Position numbers and translations under genes: made by a program. A stretch of DNA of 63,378 bases, the filler included, from Trichodelitschia bisporula (lineage: Eukaryota): the NCBI GenBank assembly GCA_010356995.1. It is 5 parts of 4 records of this genome, joined end to end, with 100 filler letters (N's around TTAATTAATTAA, not from the genome) between each part and the next. Parts side by side here need not be neighbours in the genome. Positions count along the whole stretch, not along the records: positions 20,301 to 48,621 come from ML996712.1; 4 more parts are not named here. One strand, written 5' to 3'. Within the stretch, counting starts at the first letter, position 1. Each line of letters opens with the position of its first letter. The notes under the pieces were generated by a model. It was not told the origin of the DNA, searched no databases, and saw nothing but the letters and a program-made list of their open reading frames with translations. Below are positions 35,560 to 48,450 of this stretch, piece after piece.

Positions 35560-36996
35560 ATGAGTGATCTCGACAAGTGAGGTCCCACCCCCATCGTCGT
35601 GAGTGGCGCTAACCGCCCACAGAGCTATCGAGCAGCTGCGCCATTGCCGGCCGATTCCAGAGGTACAGGTACGGGAACTGTGTCTTAAGGCACGCGAGAT
35701 CTTGATAGAGGAGGGTAATGTGGTGCATGTAGATGCACCTGTGACGGTACGCTTGGGACGAGCGCCGGGAACGACGCGGGTGATAAGTTGGCACTGACGA
35801 TGCCAGATATGCGGCGACATCCACGGCCAATTTCACGACCTCATGGAGCTCTTCCGAGTGGGCGGTGATGTGCCCGAGACAAGTTATCTCTTCATGGGTA
35901 TGCTGCGCATCGACTCTGGTGAGGAGTACCACGCTGACGCGGGCAGGCGACTTTGTCGACCGCGGCTTCTACTCGCTCGAGTCATTTCTTCTTCTTCTCT
36001 GTCTCAAAGTGCGGTATCCCGATCGAATCACGCTCATTCGCGGCAATCACGAATCGAGGCAGATCACAACGGTGTATGGCTTCTACGATGAATGTCTCCG
36101 GAAATACGGCAGCGCAAACGTGTGGAGGTACGGCACCGGTACGGCTGTTTGGCCTAGCTGACGTACGCAGATATTGCTGCGAAGTGTTTGACCATCTCGC
36201 CCTAGCCGCCCTGGTGACAGGCGCCGCAACAAGCCTCGAGCCTACGCCGGCCGACTGGGTCGACACCGCAGTAGCGACTGACCCTTCTCCGGGTGCCGAA
36301 CTTGAGCTTGAGATTCTCAACGCAGACGGGCAGATTCTGAGTCGCTATCAGCGTCCTCAACAGGACGGTACGGACTCGGAAAGCCTAGCGCCCTGCGCAC
36401 CGTCTTCAGTAGGGCACAGCGGACCGCCAGGTTCTGGAGCAGCCGGGTCGGGCGCGGCGACGCAACAGGGCGGTGCCATTTTTTGCGTGCACGGGGGTCT
36501 GAGCCCGCTCATCGACTCGATCGACAAGATTCGGCTGTTGGACCGCAAGCAGGAGGTGCCGCACGAGGGCGCCATGTGCGACTTGCTGTGGTCGGACCCG
36601 GACGACATTGACGGCTGGGGCCTATCGCCGCGCGGCGCAGGATTTCTTTTCGGCGGCGACATCGTCAAGTGCTTCAACTACCGCAACGACATTTCACTCA
36701 TTGCGCGCGCACATCAGCTCGTCATGGAGGGCTTCAAGGAGATGTTCGACAGCCGGATCGTGACTGTGTGGTCGGCGCCCAACTACTGCTACCGCTGCGG
36801 CAACGTCGCTGCCATCCTTGAGCTCGGCGAGGACGGGTCGAACGCGGGATTCGCGCCACGGAGCAATGGTGACGTTGGGCGGAAGTCCGATCGTGGACGT
36901 ATGGGGCCCGGGCGGCGGTACCGCGTGTTCGAAGCGGCGCCGCAGGTGGCGCGGGGGATGCCAGCGAAGAAGCCGGCTGCGGACTACTTTTTGTAG
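35560..36996 (+). CDS. pph3: Ser/Thr protein phosphatase 4 catalytic subunit (PPP family), 4 introns
   Basis: MSDLDK|AIEQL...GDIHGQ...GDFVDRG...RGNHE...HGG...[12 protein letters not shown]-terminus KKPAADYFL is PP4-type. Confidence 0.9.
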
Positions 36997-38003
36997 AGAC
37001 CTGGTGGGTTGGGATATGGCTGATGTCTGGATGGGTTCGAGCGTTTGTAATGATACCACTGTCGGGGTTTTTCTTTGTTGCGGGTGATATGGGTAGTGTA
37101 GGTGACGTACTCTGGCGTCGGTATGTGTTGGCTATCATCTCATGCAGACTTGACAGTTATACGTATATGCCCCATCTTCTGGTGGTAAGTCTGTTCACGA
37201 CGTCCGGAGTGTCAAAATGCTTCATGTGCTTCTGGCCTTGTGCCTTTGATCGAAGCCCGCCAGAGACCGCAGCTACGTCCTTCGGGCGAATCTGGAAACG
37301 CTACCATATCAATCCTGCGTAAGGCTCTGGCAGTATCTCTATGTCCTTTCAAAAATTGGATAACCCTGGATTGTCATTCACATTATCTCTCCGATAATTG
37401 GACGAATCGTCGTTTTCCTTCCATCGGAGGAGTCTAGCCCGCATTCCATTTAACTTTGTATCCGACGGGATAGTCTCGATCATGTTGAAACAAGCTTTGG
37501 ATCCGTGCTTGATTGGGATGATGCTAGATTCCTATCTCTATTAATTTAGGACAACGGTCCATCCGGACTGAGATGGTAAATAGCTCTGATTATTCCTTTC
37601 TTCTTGTTCCAACAGTCTCTGTCCGATCCAAGAGTGAATCATCCCTGTTGACGCGGACCGAAGTGCCCTCATTTTCGCTGGTCTTCTTCATAATTTTTCA
37701 CCTCGCCCGATTGAATTGAACGGCATCCACCAGACCCCAACGGGGCCAGAAGAGCGTTTCATGATAACTAAAACGGATCAGAGATGACGGCCAATTTATC
37801 AAGCATGGGGCAGCGATGCCAGCTTAGCTTCACGCACCAAAAAGGGCGCTCTCCGCGCTAAATTGGTTCGGCCAGACCCTCTGGATCATATTGTTCATCT
37901 CAGCCTCACGTCAGGCTTTACCTCAACTTCACTTCCTCACGTCGACCGGCAGAGTACCAAGAATGTCATTAAGTTACCGTCTATCGTCATAACCTTCAAT
38001 TCT

Positions 38004-39679
38004 CTAGAGCATAAACATGAACCGCTCCTCCGATGCCTCCCTCCCCTCCAACAACTCCACTCCCTCCTCCCCTTGATCCCCAACCACCATCTCCGCCCGA
38101 ATCCGGGCATTCTCCCTCCGCAGCAGAGTCCGCAAACCCCACGCTAGACACCCTGCCAGCGCCATGAACCCAGCACACACCGCCGTCCCCCGCAGATACA
38201 GCGGCCCATCCGTCGACGGATACAACCGCGTCCCGAGCAGCGGCCCGCACTGCCCGATATACTGCAGCAACGCGACGCCTGCCCCTCGCCCAGCGTCAGA
38301 GGCTTGGTTATTCAGCGTCCAGGTCAAAATCAGCGTGACGCAGCTGAAGAAGCCGCTCGCCGCGGGATACACGGCGAGGTAGCGCAGCGCGTTGGGCAGT
38401 CCGAGCCAGGCACACAGGAACATGGTGGTGTAGCCGGCACACGCTAGGCCGGCGTGGAGAATGATGAAGGGGGAGCGGGCGCGGGCGCGGTCTGATGCGT
38501 GTGCCGTGAGGAGGACGGTGAAGAATGCGACCATATATGGTGGGGCGGACATGGCCTGCGAGGCGAGGGGGGAGAAGCCCATCTCATGGATGATGGTGGG
38601 CAAAAAGACGGGGAGGGAGGAAAAGGCGACGTTGCAGGAGAAGAACATGAACTGGATGGTCAGGGATATACGATCCACATGTGTCCGAGACTTACCGCTG
38701 TCATCCAGCTCTTCGGGTCCCGGATCGTGGCCAGGATCTCCTGCAGCTTGACGCTGTGCCCGTGGGATTCCTCCTTCTGTCCACGAAGCCGCATGACAGC
38801 CACGCGCCGCTCGCGCGGCGTCAGGAACGCAGCCGAATCGGGGCCATCAGGCAGCGCCCTCCAGACGTACACGGCAACGAGCACGCTGGGAAAGCCCTCG
38901 ACGAGGAACAGCGCGCGCCATGGGGCTATACCGACACCCTGCGCCGTCCAGGTGATGAGCCACGCGATGGCGCTGGCAAAACTGGTCGCCAGAGGAGACG
39001 CGGAAATGAAGACGCCGACGCGGCCCGCAAGCTCAGCGCGGCGGAAGAAGAAAGAGAGGTAGAAAGGGACGCCACAGAAAGCGGCTTCCGCAACGCCGAG
39101 CACGGCTCGAAGGATGAGCATTTGCACAAAGGACGTTGTGAGGGCTTGCAGTGAGGCAATGATGCCCCAGGCGAGCACGCAGATGGAGATGTAGATGTGA
39201 GGGGGTACGAGGCGGAACATCAGCGCCATCCACTCGAAGGCGATGTACGAGATGTAGAAGGCCGTCAGGAGCCATTCGTACTGCGGACCCGTCATGCGGA
39301 GGTCCGTTTGGAGGCCAGCGATGCGGGCGTTTCCGATATCTGGACTGTCAGCGTCGGATCGAGAAAGGAGTGAGAAGGGCCGGAGGAGCATACTCGACCG
39401 ATCAAGGAAGCTGAGCAGATAGAGCCCCGCAATGAACAGCACGACGCCGCGATCCATCTTCCGCAACACACGCCGCTCCTCTTCGCCAGTATACATCCCA
39501 TCCAGTTCCTCGCCGCCCTCGACATGCAACTGCTCACGCAGTGCGCGCTTCTCCTTGTCCCCGCGGTCCTCTTCCGCCTCCATTCCTGATAACGTGTCCG
39601 CGTCATCATCCCGTACGGCGCTATACGACGCGCTACTGATGTCGCCTTCATGTCCATGGAGATCGCTATGCATCGGCAT
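38004..39679 (-). CDS. MFS transporter, allantoate permease/anion:cation symporter family, 2 introns
   Basis: VLRKMD...YLLSFLDRS(N)IGNARIAGL...WRALFLVEG...LPDGP...FLTPRER; second exon block FLPTII...QAMSAPPY...GQCGPLLG. Confidence 0.9.
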
Positions 39680-40434
39680 GTTGGCGACTTTTACGGCGAT
39701 GCTGGTGTTGGCTCGTTGTTTCCGGATGTAAGCTCAACGCGCGCGGCCGTCGCGTCAGAGGCTGTGGCTCAATATAGGCAATCGCGGCGGCGTAGAAGGG
39801 TTTCAATCACCAGCCATCCGTACCAGCGCTCCGCGAGGCTCGAGATCGAGGAAACGATACGGAATAAGCTAAAAAGCGGGGATGGGGAATCGCTAGCTTC
39901 CGTCGTAGTGCTGGTGCGGAGTGGGCCCGGTAACGGTGCGATCGGCCCGCACCCTAGCTCCCGAGGGCGGCGGAGCTTGGCGGTTAGCGGGGTTGGAAGC
40001 CTGAGCGATTATGTGAGAGTGGCAATGGTGAGAATCATGGGAATTCATGACCGTGAAGCTGAAAGCCCTTGAATGTAAACACAACAGATGTATGTAAAGA
40101 CACTGCGTGTTGGAGAGTCTAGATCTAGGCGAGCTAGCAGGGCAACAAGGGTCCGCTTCTAAAGTGTGCGAGAGAGGCTCGGCATGGGTGCGGGACAGGA
40201 ATACCATCAAGAGCAGTACATATTGCAAAAGGAGGCAACCAAACTGTATTGGGCTGTCTCGAATTGCACCACTGCGCATTACGGCAATGTCCAGAGCTGC
40301 ATTTCTATCAGTCGGCTTTGCCGCTTCCTTGCTACCAGTGCACCACAACCAGCCTGTGGGACCGGAATCTAATTGTCCCCCAAACGAACCCGCATACCGT
40401 ACAGAAGAATCCGCCGGAACGCCATGTTATTATC

Positions 40435-42129
40435 TCACTCCACCACATACGGTTTGGCCCCAGAGCCAAATATCAAGTGCGGCTTACGTTTCGCTAGATC
40501 AAGAATGGTCATTGAAAATACCGAGTTTGCCCACGCAAACCAGCTGCCTGTGTCGCAATCAGTACCGTCCGTGACAAAGAGACCGAACTCACGAGTGTAG
40601 TCCCGGTTGATGTCAACGTTGATGCTCTCATGCACTAAACCCAAAATGCTGGCATTCCGCACCATCTGCACGCAGCGCGTTATCTCGTCGTCGTCCTCGC
40701 TGGTCATCGCCTGTACGAGCACCGCCATTGGCCAGGCATGTTGTAGGCCAATGTGTGGACCTCCGATGCCCTTGAAGTCGTCACCGGTCAGGAAGTATGG
40801 ATTGCCCGCCTTGCTCAACACCATGCGCCGCGTGTTCTTGTACACTGGGTCGTCGCGGCCGACGAAGCCCATCACCGGCAGCGCCAGCAGCGATGGCAGA
40901 TTGGCATCGTCCATCATGATCTGCGAGCCGTAGCCGTCTACCTCATACGCAAACACGCGTCCGTACTTCTTGTGCTCTACAACGCCGTGCTCCCATACGG
41001 CCTTTTCTAGCCGATCGGCCCGATCAAGCACATCGGCGGCGAACTTTAACTTGTTCGCAGCCTTTAGTACAGCGCCGAGACGCTTCAGCTCGACGGACAT
41101 CATCGCATTGGCAGGGACCAAAAAACCGAGGATGGTTGCATCGTCGCTCGGCCGGAATGCGCTGCGTATCAGGCCTGTTCCCCCATTGAGCGGATTGCCC
41201 AACCCTGCGAGCGAGAGCGTTTCCGTGCCGGTGTTAGTACGCCGTTGGAAGGTGTATTCGTTGCCCACAAAACTGCCCTTGTCAGTATCAAACGTAGGCC
41301 GCATCTGCGCGTCTAGCACAAGGAGGAGCGTCTCGAGCGCTCGCTCCCACCGCGGCGTGACGAAGGCCGTTGAGCCTGTGTGCTCGTAGAACTCGTTGCC
41401 CAGCGCGAGGAACGCCGCCAGCGAGTCCAGCTCGTATTTGCACTCGAAAACTTCATCCATCTGGTACATGGGCTGTACCGAGTCGCCCTGTCCGCTGGGC
41501 GTCGGCGCGAGGCCGCTCAGCGGCGGCGGCTGGAAGGCATTGCAGTACGGGGCTGCGATAACGAACTCAGCCTGCGTGTTAATGGCGCCGTGGATGAGAT
41601 TCGCGAGCTTCTTGTCTTTCTTCGCGAGTGCTTGGTAGCCGGCGAGCTGGTTCGTTGAATCGCGCAGCCACTCGGCGTTGATGTCGCCCGTGACGATGAA
41701 GCTCTGCGGGCCCTCCCAGCGGCCATCTTCACTTTTCTTTTTGGTCGAGTCGACATGCCACCGCACGGTGGTGTCGAGTGTATTGGGGAATGCGTTTTCG
41801 AAGATGCGCGCAAGGTCAGGGTCGAGCATACGCTCGGTGACGTCGGTGATGACCTTTTCGACGGTGTCGGAGTGGAATGTGCGGCATGTGGGCGCGGGGC
41901 GCTGGTACGGGAGGCGCAACCGACCTTCGCTGTAGGGGCCGCTGGGGGTGTTAATAGGGATACGAGACATGAGATGGGAGACGTACTGCCGGTGCTTCGA
42001 GTATGAAGCGTAGTCCGGACATGCTAGCTTGTAGTCGTCTGAGAGCGGATTTTGGACCGGTTCAAAGGCTCCCATAGCACTTGACAGTGTAAACACAGCA
42101 CATGCTGCGAGCACATGTCGGATGGCCAT
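40435..42129 (-). CDS. Secreted glycoside hydrolase family 125 (DUF1237; exo-alpha-1,6-mannosidase-like)
   Basis: Signal peptide; FPNTLDTT, TGDINAEWLRDS, KYELDSL, FRPSDDAT, MDDANLPSLL and WFAWANS motifs; two short in-frame introns are likely. Confidence 0.92.
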   Translation of the reverse strand: MAIRHVLAACAVFTLSSAMGAFEPVQNPLSDDYKLACPDYASYSKHRQYVSHLMSRIPINTPSGPYSEGRLRLPYQRPAPTCRTFHSDTVEKVITDVTERMLDPDLARIFENAFPNTLDTTVRWHVDSTKKKSEDGRWEGPQSFIVTGDINAEWLRDSTNQLAGYQALAKKDKKLANLIHGAINTQAEFVIAAPYCNAFQPPPLSGLAPTPSGQGDSVQPMYQMDEVFECKYELDSLAAFLALGNEFYEHTGSTAFVTPRWERALETLLLVLDAQMRPTFDTDKGSFVGNEYTFQRRTNTGTETLSLAGLGNPLNGGTGLIRSAFRPSDDATILGFLVPANAMMSVELKRLGAVLKAANKLKFAADVLDRADRLEKAVWEHGVVEHKKYGRVFAYEVDGYGSQIMMDDANLPSLLALPVMGFVGRDDPVYKNTRRMVLSKAGNPYFLTGDDFKGIGGPHIGLQHAWPMAVLVQAMTSEDDDEITRCVQMVRNASILGLVHESINVDINRDYTREFGLFVTDGTDCDTGSWFAWANSVFSMTILDLAKRKPHLIFGSGAKPYVVE

Positions 42130-42658
42130 GTCGATTGTTGGGTGCTGGGAGGGGTGGAGCTTCCACGTCGGCTAATGGAGACAACAGCAATTGACTAACA
42201 GAAAGAAGAAGAGGGCGAGTTCACATGGTGCAGTCTTCGCAGCAAAAGATAGAGCCGCTAGTTCTAGGGCGAGGCGGTTGCGAGAGACAGGTGAGCGATG
42301 AACGGTGATGAAGTGGGAGGCGGATGAAATGGCCAGAATCTGGAATACAGAGCGTTGTCAAGCCAAGACGGCTCAAGCCACCCCCGCCGATCTACAATCT
42401 GGGGAAAAGCAAAACAAGCGCGGGACTAAAACTGAAGGTGGGTTTTTGAGAGATGTATGACGATTAGGTGTTCATGCATCCGATATTCGCTCATCTGATA
42501 TCTACCATATGTGGTCATCTTGCATGACGTGCATGGCGCTGAAGGACGTCAAAGAGTCAAGCGGAAGTGGAGAGAAGCGTAGATCGACTCATTAGATTGC
42601 CATAAGACTGGTATCATAACGTATCCAACCATGGAGCACCCAATCCGCAAACGCAACC

Positions 42659-45314
42659 CTACAGGTACCACTTCCCCTCGGCATACTCACCCATCTCCAT
42701 GTCGGGACCTGCAGTCAGGCCTGCAGTCCCCATCGGCAGCGAGTAATCGTTCACGCCCGCCGCACCCAGCCATTCCCCGCTATTCGTAGCTCCAACATCT
42801 GGCAGCGGCCACTGATCGAACCCCATAGCAAGTTGCGACTGATCACGGAACCACCAGTCGTTGTTGTCCCGCACCATGTTGTCTAGTGGGCCAAACAGTG
42901 CCGACGGGGACCCCTCAGGCCGGTTCGGGTCTGGTGCGGGAGCGGCGCTAATCTGCGGCATGGACGCCGTGTACAGGTTTGGCGGTTCGGTGCGCGGTAT
43001 CATGTCTGGCAAGACCGTTGTAAACGATTTAGCGGCCAACGGCGCGGTTTGGTTTGGTGACGGCTGTGGTGAGGTACTCTCCGCCTTGTGTGAGGGAGTA
43101 TTTGTGCGCGAGCGGAAGTCGATGCCCCATACACCGAACTTGGCATCCGTTCGCGTGAGAACTGTGGCCGCCTCCTCGGGCAGGTCGACCTTCCACTTGC
43201 GTGACAGGATGCTGATTATCGCGAGTGTGCGCCGTGCGCATAACCAGCTCTCGGCAATTTCCTCGAGCTCCTTGACGCCGTGCGTAATGTCGCGGCGCGC
43301 GTTCTTGTCGGGAAGGTTGAGCAGATGAATCGTGCACGCCGAATGGACGATGTATACGGCGATGTTGCAAATCTGCCGGAGTCCGTGAGATCGCTTGTAC
43401 AGTCGCAGCAGCTTGGAGATCATCGCCGCCGCTTGCGTGCATAGCCGGCGCGGCGACACATTTTGGGGGAGCGGCGACGTTGATTGCGTGTACTTGAGGA
43501 ATGGACGAAAGAGATGGATGTAGAGCAGCTGAAAGAACATGCTACGGAGTTGCGTCAATGAATGGACAGATCATGAATGGACAGATCATGAAGCGGGGAT
43601 CTAGAGCAAAGGGCAAAGGGTAAACGTACTGCATGACAAGCATACTGGGGAGGCCACCCTCCTTGGGCTCGAGCTCGCGGGGGAGGTTGCGCCGCCAAGC
43701 CTCAAGCCGCTGGTGGATTGCACTGAGCTTCTTGAGTTCGGACTGCTTACCTTTGGACTTGTCAAGGTCGGTGGGGTTGTAGAAGTACGACATCAGGTCG
43801 CTCGAGATTTCACAGAGCGCCGAGATTTGCAGTGCCACGGCCCGTGTCCGCGATGGCTGCGCATACGCCTCGTTAACACCATGGTCCGTGTACGCAGCCC
43901 AAATATCAGCGTCCTCGTGAGGGAAAACTTCGAACTTGGGGACCGTGATGACGGACGCCGGCAGCTGCGGAAGGCGCCCCAGGTAATTTGACCAGCACCT
44001 ACGCCATTAGCGGGAGCGAACATGGAAGAGCGCAAGACACCCACTTGTCAAACAAAAAGCAACCCCAGAATGTGATGCGCCGCGCATCAACCTCCTCGTC
44101 GCTGAACCCGGTGTCGCGCGCCGCTAGCGAGCCGGAGTCGAGGTTGAGGCCGAGGTCGCAGGCCATACGGAAGCTCATGCCGCTGTACACCCAGCCCTTG
44201 GCCTCTCGCCCACAGCCCGCCTCACGTACCGACATAAGGGCCAGCGCCTGCACCGTGGTAAGCCTCGGTTTCTCGTGCTCGTCGTTGGCCATGATGAGCC
44301 GTTTGGCCTCCTTAAAGAAGTGATCGCCGGCCGTGGCCGCGTCCTCGGGGTACTCGCGTGAGCCAGGCCACGCCGTGAAGTGGCACCCGAGCGCGAGCAT
44401 CGCGTTGACGAGGAGGGGCGTGCAGTGTTCAGTGCGGCGACGTGTGCCGGGCGGCGGACGGCCCTGGACAAAATCTCTCCAGAAAAGGGGCTTTGAAAGG
44501 GTTGTGAAGAAGGTGTAGTGCCACGCAAAGTACATGTGGATAAGATGCAGCACCAGCTTCGGGTCGTCCGTTACCTCCGTCCACGAGGCCACTGCCTCCG
44601 TTTCCGACGCGTATTCGGTCCCCGTGAAGTTGGCCAGTTCCGTGTGCTCCTCGCCGCCGGGGAAGAAGATGAGGTTCGAAGTGCCGCCGATGTAACGCGT
44701 CGACCCGTCCTCGAGCTGCAGCTCTGCCATACGCCCGGAGAGTTGTGTCTCAAAAGGCGCCTGCTGCGCATCGCCGACGTCGAGCGCGTCATCCTCGTCG
44801 ATGCCCGTTTCGCGCGCCAGCACCGCCTCCGCGACTGCATCCAGGCTCTCGCATGTTCGGATCTGCCGTACCAGCTCGGGCACTTCACTCTCGGGGAAGT
44901 TGAGGATGGCTTCAATAAGGATCTCGAGAGTGGAGTTGCGCGTCTTGAGCTTGTCGTCCTTTTTGTACACGCCTTTGCGGCGGTGGTCTGAGTTTGGGTC
45001 GTACACGCACTTTGTGTTATAGACCGATGAGCAGGCAGCGCACGCGGGCAGGTTTCCGTCGCATCTGGGGCAGTCAGTGGAGGTTCGTCAGCAGCGGAGC
45101 CGTCATCTCCGCGGAGGCATACTTTGACTTGCGTTTCCTACAGGCTGTTCGCGCATCAGATCCACTTAAGGCCCGGCACTTTGGAGATTAACGTACCAAT
45201 GCATGCTGTGCTCACGCACCTCCGCTTCGCGCCGTCATCGGTTGCGGCATCTTTTCGGCGGCTGCGCACGCGCCCCTTGGATTTCGCATCTGTGCTCGCC
45301 GGGCCGGCGTCCAT
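42659..45314 (-). CDS. nirA: Zn(II)2Cys6 nitrate-assimilation regulator NirA/NIT-4, 4 introns
   Basis: Spliced RRCVSTACI|ACRKRKSK|CDGNLPACAACSSVYNTKCVYDPNSDHRRKGVYKKD; fungal TF domain ARRITFWGCFLFDK; RLYKRSHGLRQICNIAVY. Confidence 0.9.
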
Positions 45315-45898
45315 TTCCGCTGTGGTAATCGTGCGGGGTTCAGATGCGGTGGGTGTTGCGCATACATGCGGCGCGAGATCGGATGGGCATTGCGCAGGCG
45401 AAGAAGATGGGAAAAGGAACGAGGATGCGAGCGTCGACGACTGAGAAAGAGTACAGGGAGCAAATTGACTCTACATACACAGTGCGGCGACTCACTCGCG
45501 ATGTCTTCTTAGTAATGCGCTCAGCGAGCGCAAAACGATGAGCCCCACTGTCGCCGGCCTTGGCGATGCACGCCGCGCGGGGAAATCGGCCACCCCCCTG
45601 CGCGATGTGCAAAATTGCTGAGGCATGTGGTGAACAGCATTGTTACTCAGCCTTATTGAGAGGTTGTCGCTCGCTCGCACTGCCTTTGTTTCGTACTCTA
45701 TCGCCATGGCAGATTCTACAGTAGCGGTAATATGATGCTGACTGACAGCGAATGCCGGAGGCAACTGGGATGCCGTTATCGCTGGCCCGCATTAACCAGA
45801 CTAAAGTTGAGGGAGTAAGAATTAAATTCCGGTTCGCAATCCAGAGGCTGTGTGATCAATTCGGTAAGTTTGCAGGGCAGTTAACGGCGGTAGCGCAG

Positions 45899-46050
45899 TT
45901 ACCCGACGCTAGCAGCGTTACCCGGCGCTGGCCGGATTACCCGGCGCTAAGAGGGTTACCCGGCGCTGGCAGGGTTACCTGGCGCTGGCAAAGTTGCCCG
46001 GCGCTAGCTACGTTACCCGGAACTGGCCGCATTACCAGGCGCTCCCCGGA
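45899..46050 (+). repeat. 19-bp minisatellite x8 with conserved TTACCCGGCGCT core
   Basis: Units start exactly every 19 bp from 45899 to 46032; the first 12 nt are nearly constant and the last 7 vary. Confidence 0.9.
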
Positions 46051-46068
46051 GACCGGATAGGGGGCGCT

Positions 46069-46426
46069 TGTCATGGTTCTGGCCATACACGGTGTGATGC
46101 CCCAGGCCATGACATGGGCTGGGTGGCAGCACTGTCCCGAGTGACGTATGGAGACTAGCGCAGTCATGTGACTGGCACCAAGCCCCCACTGCGGTTATGC
46201 TTTTGCATACACCCATCCCTGTAGATTACTTCTCCCACTCTCTATCATCGTCTCGTAGCAATCTATGGTTTTTGCACCGCCCTTCGCTGGCACCGTGACA
46301 CGCAAAACCCTTACACAGTTCTTCAAGCTTTCAATGAATGTTATTCCACAACCAATACTGCGCAACCAGTGATTTATGCGTCCCTGACACCCGTGGAGCA
46401 GCAGAACCGGGTGTCATGCCATGACA
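46069..46426 (-). mobile_element. Candidate 3' LTR of a Ty3/gypsy chromovirus
   Basis: Perfect 8-bp terminal inverted repeat TGTCATGG...CCATGACA; minus-strand polypurine tract at 46430-46443 next to it. The left boundary is uncertain. Confidence 0.6.
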
Positions 46427-46460
46427 CGACCCCCCCCCTCTCGAAAGAATGCCTCCCCCC

Positions 46461-47020
46461 TCAGCTATCATTGGAGAGACGATACATCTCCTTGGTAATC
46501 TCCTCCCAACCTTCCTTGTTGCCAATGTCCGGATGTGGACCGGCCTTTGTCGGATTGGCACTGTGATAGGCTTCAAGCAAGCCCCGGCATCCGATTGCGT
46601 CCCAATACGGCTGCCATTGAGGATTCTTGTTCCAATCAGGGAAGCCGGAGTACTTGGTCTTGTACTGTAGTAGCTTCCGGCGGTGCTTCCCGCGACGAGT
46701 GTGGGACGGATCAGCCTCCCGAGGAGCCCACCGACTGTCCGCAATCTCCTGAACGATCCATTCGGGATCTCCATCTTCGGTGATAATTGGTTCAGGAGTC
46801 TTCTGTCGCTGCCCGGTGATTGATTCCGCATCTGCTAGCTCTAAGAGTCAGTTGTGGAACACAGGGTCGATCTTCATTGTGTCTGGGAGCTCTAACTCGC
46901 AGGCGCTTCCATCGACTACTCGAAAGACCTTGAAGCGCCCCATGCGTTTGTGATCGAGGGAACGGCTCGGACGTTCTGTCTTGATGTTTCGGGAGTCCAG
47001 GAACACGTAATCCCCAGGCA
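46461..47020 (-). mobile_element. Ty3/gypsy integrase C-terminus with chromodomain, degenerate
   Basis: PGDYVFLDSRNIKTERPSRSLDHKRMGRFKV...DPVFHN*LLE...EWIVQEIADSR...LQYKTKYSGF...WQP...YH. Confidence 0.85.
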
Positions 47021-47260
47021 CCAGCTCCTCGGCCGCGTTGGCGAACACAATACGGTCATCATGGTCTTGGGGCTGACGGGCACAAACTCGGCGGCCTCGG
47101 CGGTTGCTCAAATGAAATCAGCTTTCACTTCGCTTCAATTCGGCGTCTTGGTCGGCATCGGAAGCGGTGTGCCGAGCGCAAAAGCCGACATCCGGCTTGG
47201 GGACGTTGTTGTTTGCCAGCCGTCCAAGGATTGTGGCGGAGTGATTCAGTACGACTTGGG
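47020..47260 (+). pseudogene. PNP_UDP (purine nucleoside phosphorylase-like NLR effector) fragment
   Basis: GRVGEHNTVI...GTNSAASAVAQM...LVGIGSGVPSAKADIRLGDVVVCQP...GGVIQYDLG, cut by LTR-B. Confidence 0.85.
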
Positions 47261-47401
47261 TGTTAAAATGAAGTGTGAACTTGACTGAGTTGCTTGATCG
47301 ACTAGCAGTGGGAAGTGAGCTGACTATATACCTCGCCAGGAGACAACCCCCGTCTCCTGGCTCCACTCCAGCCACCCCAGGTTGCCGCCACAAATTCAAC
47401 A
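47261..47401. mobile_element. LTR family B at a rearrangement junction
   Basis: Near-identical to 18642-18782, with the same right flank (CGCAG) but a different left flank. Confidence 0.9.
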
Positions 47402-48450
47402 CGCAGCAACAGCTCCGCGGCGGGCCAATCGGGCGACCCGAGCACGTTGATCAAGTCCTCGATGAAGATGTCGAGCAGGTTATGGTACGGCTGGTCGTCG
47501 GACTTGGTCGACGCGAGCGCGCCCTGCGCGAGGTAGCGAATCACGTAGGAGGCGTTTTTCAGGGCATTGTCGTGCGTGCGCGTTCTCAACGAAGAGCAGG
47601 CGCATCGCGAGGAACTCCATCTTGGTAGCCGCGCTCTCCGCGACGTTGACCTCGGATACGAGCATCTCGAGCCGGTGAAACACGGGCCCGCACATGTGCA
47701 GCAGCGCGGCCAGCGGTTTCTTCTGGGAGGCGAAGATTTTGAACGCGTCGGTGCTCATGCGCACCTCGACGACCGGCACGACGCTGTCGACGACGTGCTC
47801 CTGTGCGCGCATCACCCCCCCAGAGCACCACCTCAGAGTACATGCTTGTCCTCGCGGCCGGCGGTCAGCACGCGCCGCAGGATCTTTGCCGCGTGGAGCC
47901 CCTTCTCCGCGTGATGCAGCCAGATGGCCCAGTCCGCGACGTCGTCGTCCACGACCAGGTTGATGCACTCGACCGAGGACACCGTATTGTCGCACAGCTT
48001 CTGCAGCCGCATCACGCTGTCGACAGCAACCCGGGAGAACGATCCGGTGGCGACGGCGGTGTGGACCGCGTTTTCGATGCGTACTTTTGTAAAGCGGTGG
48101 CTGTGTTCAGCCTTACCCAGTTTCAGCTACAGGGCTCGAGTATAAGTAGACTCGGGATCCCCACCTCTTTGACAATTAAGCAACTTGTTCATGGACAGAC
48201 CTTTGGTCCAACTTATGATGCTGTGATGTTTCCATTGATCACACATCCCCTCTTAACACATACCTGCAGCGCCTCGGCGAGCATGGGCGGGTCGCCCTCG
48301 TCACCCGGGCCCTGGCTGAAGTACGCGGGGTCGTCGCGCTCCGCAGCGTCGGCCTTCTCACGCTGATCGATGCTCAGCTCCAGCGCGTCGTGGCGTGGGC
48401 GTTTGCGCGCCTCTTCCACCACTCGCGCGTCAACGTCGGGGAATTCCTGG
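47402..48450 (-). pseudogene. scc2: Scc2/Mis4 fragment, copy 2
   Basis: Collinear with 18783-19830; STKSDDQPYHNLLDIFIEDLINVLGSPDWPAAELLLR. Confidence 0.8.
48085..48258. mobile_element. Solo LTR-A at the same site as 19467-19640
   Basis: Mutated end TTTTGTAAAG; flanks CGTAC and CATAC. Confidence 0.9.

Noticed and set aside
45899..46050. CRISPR-like repeat/spacer appearance
   Set aside because: The 12-bp core and 7-bp tails are far too short, the context is eukaryotic, and there are no cas genes; treated as a minisatellite.
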